A stretch of 35,322 bases of DNA from Eubacteriales bacterium. Its GTDB lineage: Bacteria; Bacillota; Clostridia; Oscillospirales; CAG-272. The notes under the pieces are model-generated. The model was given only the letters and a program-made list of their open reading frames with translations. It searched no databases and was not told where the DNA came from. The stretch is from the NCBI GenBank assembly GCA_045615165.1, contig JAZLEH010000304.1, forward strand, positions 1-35,322, given 5' to 3'. Of this stretch, positions 33,318-35,322 are shown piece after piece (the stretch's first letter is position 1; the number at the start of each line of letters is the position of its first letter). Both the position numbers and the translations under genes were made by a program.

Positions 33318-34672
33318 GTTTCATTAATGATAATTTTATGCTTAAAACCAAAACCGCGAAGAAGCTTTACGCAATGGTAAAGGATCTTCCCATCATCGAC
33401 TATCACTGCCACCTTAACCCCAGGATGATCGCAGAGAACTATAAGTTCAAGAACGCGTTCGACCTCTTCCTCGGCGGCGACCACTATAAGTGGCGTCAGA
33501 TGAGAACCAACGGTATCGATGAGGAGCTTATCACAGGCGCAGGTGACGATTATGAGAAGTTCAAGGCGTTCGCGCGCACCATGCCTCTTCTTATCGGTAA
33601 CCCCCTCTACCACTGGACTCACCTCGAGCTTAAGAGATATTTCGACATCGACGAAACTCTCTCCGAGGATACCTGCGAGATGATCTGGAATAAGTGCAAC
33701 GAGTGCCTTGCAAAAGATGAGTTCAGAGCACAGGAGCTCATCAAGCGCTCTAACGTTGAGGTCGTTTGCACTACCGACGACCCCGCTGATACCCTTGAGT
33801 ATCACGAAGCGCTCCGCGATTTCCCGACCAAGATCCTCCCCACCTTCCGTCCCGACAAGGCAGTTGAGATCAACAAGGAAACCTTCCTTCCTTATATCGA
33901 AATGATCGGCGTTAAGTCGTACGAAGAGCTTGAAGCTTGGATGAGAGCGAGAATCGCATACTTTGACGATCACGGTTGCCGCCTCTCCGACCACGCCCTT
34001 GAATACGTTCCTTACGGTGAGGGCGATCCCGTAGCCGCTTTCAATAAGCGTATGGCGGGCGAGGAGCTCACTAAGGAGGAGATCGATTCCTTCAAGTGCG
34101 GAATGCTTAAGGTATGCGCAGAGGAATATACTCGCCTCGGTTGGACTATGCAGCTCCACATTGGCGCACTTCGTAATAATAACAGAAGAATGTATGAAAA
34201 GCTCGGCGCAGACACCGGCTTCGACTCGATCAACGACCTTTGCATTGCAGAGGCTCTCTCCGCGTTTATGAATAGCCTTGAGTATAACGATTGTCTTCCC
34301 AAGACTATCCTCTATACCCTTAACCCCAAGGATAACTACGTTCTCGGCACTATGCTCGGTAACTTCCAGAAGGCTCCCACCCCCGGTAAGATCCAGTTCG
34401 GATCGGGCTGGTGGTTCAACGATCAGCGCGACGGTATGGAGGCGCAGATGCAGGCGCTCGCAAACCTCGGTATGCTTTCAAGATTCGTTGGTATGCTCAC
34501 CGATAGCCGTAGCTTCGTTTCCTATCCCCGCCACGAGTATTTCAGAAGAATACTTTGTAACATCATCGGCAAGTGGGTTGACGAGGGCGAATATCCCAAG
34601 GACTTCAAGGCTCTTGAAAAGATCGTTAAGGGCATCGCATACGAAAACGCAAAGAACTACTTTAATTTCTAA
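33314..34672 (+). CDS. uxaC: glucuronate (uronate) isomerase
   Basis: 452 aa. Motifs IIDYHCHLNP, GGDHYKWRQMRTNG, GNPLYHWTHLELKRYF, HIGALRNNN, FGSGWWFNDQRDGM, MLTDSRSFVSYPRHEYFRRILC. ATGA start/stop overlap with uxaA. Confidence 0.95.
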   Translation: MSFINDNFMLKTKTAKKLYAMVKDLPIIDYHCHLNPRMIAENYKFKNAFDLFLGGDHYKWRQMRTNGIDEELITGAGDDYEKFKAFARTMPLLIGNPLYHWTHLELKRYFDIDETLSEDTCEMIWNKCNECLAKDEFRAQELIKRSNVEVVCTTDDPADTLEYHEALRDFPTKILPTFRPDKAVEINKETFLPYIEMIGVKSYEELEAWMRARIAYFDDHGCRLSDHALEYVPYGEGDPVAAFNKRMAGEELTKEEIDSFKCGMLKVCAEEYTRLGWTMQLHIGALRNNNRRMYEKLGADTGFDSINDLCIAEALSAFMNSLEYNDCLPKTILYTLNPKDNYVLGTMLGNFQKAPTPGKIQFGSGWWFNDQRDGMEAQMQALANLGMLSRFVGMLTDSRSFVSYPRHEYFRRILCNIIGKWVDEGEYPKDFKALEKIVKGIAYENAKNYFNF

Positions 34673-34707
34673 AAAACAAAAGGGCGAGAATTTCTCGCCC
34701 TTTTTTG
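34671..34707. terminator. bidirectional rho-independent terminator
   Basis: A-rich run, GGGCGAG (34682-34688), loop, CTCGCCC (34694-34700), TTTTTT. It lies between convergent uxaC and the right-edge ORF. Confidence 0.85.
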
Positions 34708-34720
34708 CGCTTGTTTTAAA

Positions 34721-35322
34721 TTAATCGATTACGGTCGTTCCCCAGTTTGAGAATATTGCCTCATACTCTATAGACATTCCCATAAAGTCCGAGGTGTAGA
34801 TCGACGCGATCTGTCCGTCGATCGTGACTATAGTCATATTGAATTCTTCGCTATAGTAAACGCCGTCTTCTACCTCGGCAAATATTGATGCACAAGTAGA
34901 GAAGTCGATCATCGGCATATAAAGTCCGTATATATCGGAGGGCGTTGTATCCGGTTCTATCGCACCGTTTACGTAAACGCTTGTTCCGTCGGTGTAGTAG
35001 AAGTAGTGTCCCTCATCGCTGATATCCTCAATGTAAACGCGATCGCCGTCTATTCTGATCTTCATAGTGCCGCTTTTGCCATCATAATTTGCGGTAAGCT
35101 CGATAGAAACGTTATCAAATTCGAACATAGCAGCCCACTCTAAATCGATGCCCTCGTTGGGATCAATTGTTGTGGCGTTATAGTTAGAGAATTTAGCTTC
35201 AAGTTCGTAGTCTTCATAAGTCATACAGAAGCTAGAAATCGTTCCTCTGAAAGCGTAGAACGTTATGTTATGTAAACTGCAATAGTATTCGGCAGCGCCT
35301 GTTTGTTCAAGATCATCATAGC
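34721..35322 (-). CDS. hypothetical protein, 5'-truncated by the window edge
   Basis: The ORF track starts at ATG 35224, but the frame stays open upstream with no stop through position 35322 (...YDDLEQTGAAEYYCSLHNITFYAFRGTISSFCMTYEDY...). Acidic and rich in Tyr, Thr and Ile. I recognise no family. Looks more AT-rich than its neighbours by eye. Confidence 0.5.
   Translation of the reverse strand, partial: YDDLEQTGAAEYYCSLHNITFYAFRGTISSFCMTYEDYELEAKFSNYNATTIDPNEGIDLEWAAMFEFDNVSIELTANYDGKSGTMKIRIDGDRVYIEDISDEGHYFYYTDGTSVYVNGAIEPDTTPSDIYGLYMPMIDFSTCASIFAEVEDGVYYSEEFNMTIVTIDGQIASIYTSDFMGMSIEYEAIFSNWGTTVID

Noticed and set aside
1-35322. Scanned for CRISPR arrays, tRNA/rRNA genes, IS elements with terminal inverted repeats, integrase or recombinase genes, and defence or toxin-antitoxin-like gene pairs.
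   Set aside because: No non-coding gap exceeds about 175 nt. There are no spaced direct-repeat arrays and no transposase-, integrase-, nuclease-, helicase- or methyltransferase-like ORFs. Every sizeable ORF is accounted for by a metabolic, transport or regulatory family.

Overview
This is a 35.3-kb chromosomal segment of roughly 50% GC (by eye). It looks like an anaerobic Firmicutes/Clostridia genome: GGAGG-type ribosome-binding sites, TTGACA-17-TATAAT promoters often with a TGn extended -10, GC-stem/T-tract terminators, and a ferredoxin-dependent 2-oxoacid oxidoreductase. I can support 28 protein-coding genes (one truncated by the right edge). I see no rRNA, tRNA, CRISPR array, transposase, integrase or recognisable defence or toxin gene, so the window is metabolic rather than an obvious accessory island.

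Gene content, left to right:
- adenine deaminase
- MgtE
- an orphan Ntn-type amidotransferase-like protein
- a Na+/solute symporter
- a tightly packed nine-gene unit: paaK-iorA-iorB-paaK-ACT-amidohydrolase-aminotransferase-OadB-like-OadG-like
- pyruvate kinase translationally abutted to a MOFRL glycerate 2-kinase
- a ~16-kb carbohydrate/hexuronate region: AraC+GH2 divergent from a DUF4091-like protein; DegT aminotransferase, Gfo/Idh/MocA oxidoreductase, two tandem PF04909-type hydrolase paralogues and a second AraC; divergent from these, a GH4 (LplD-like) glycosidase followed by uxaB-uxaA-uxaC.

The best candidates for undescribed biology are:
1. the AraC-controlled oxidoreductase/aminotransferase/duplicated-hydrolase module inside the hexuronate locus, which fits no described pathway;
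2. the apparent co-transcription of orphan Na+-pump decarboxylase membrane subunits and a COG2159 hydrolase with the arylacetate/arylpyruvate genes;
3. the stand-alone Cys2 Ntn protein.

All functional calls come from motif recognition by eye and need HMM or BLAST confirmation.
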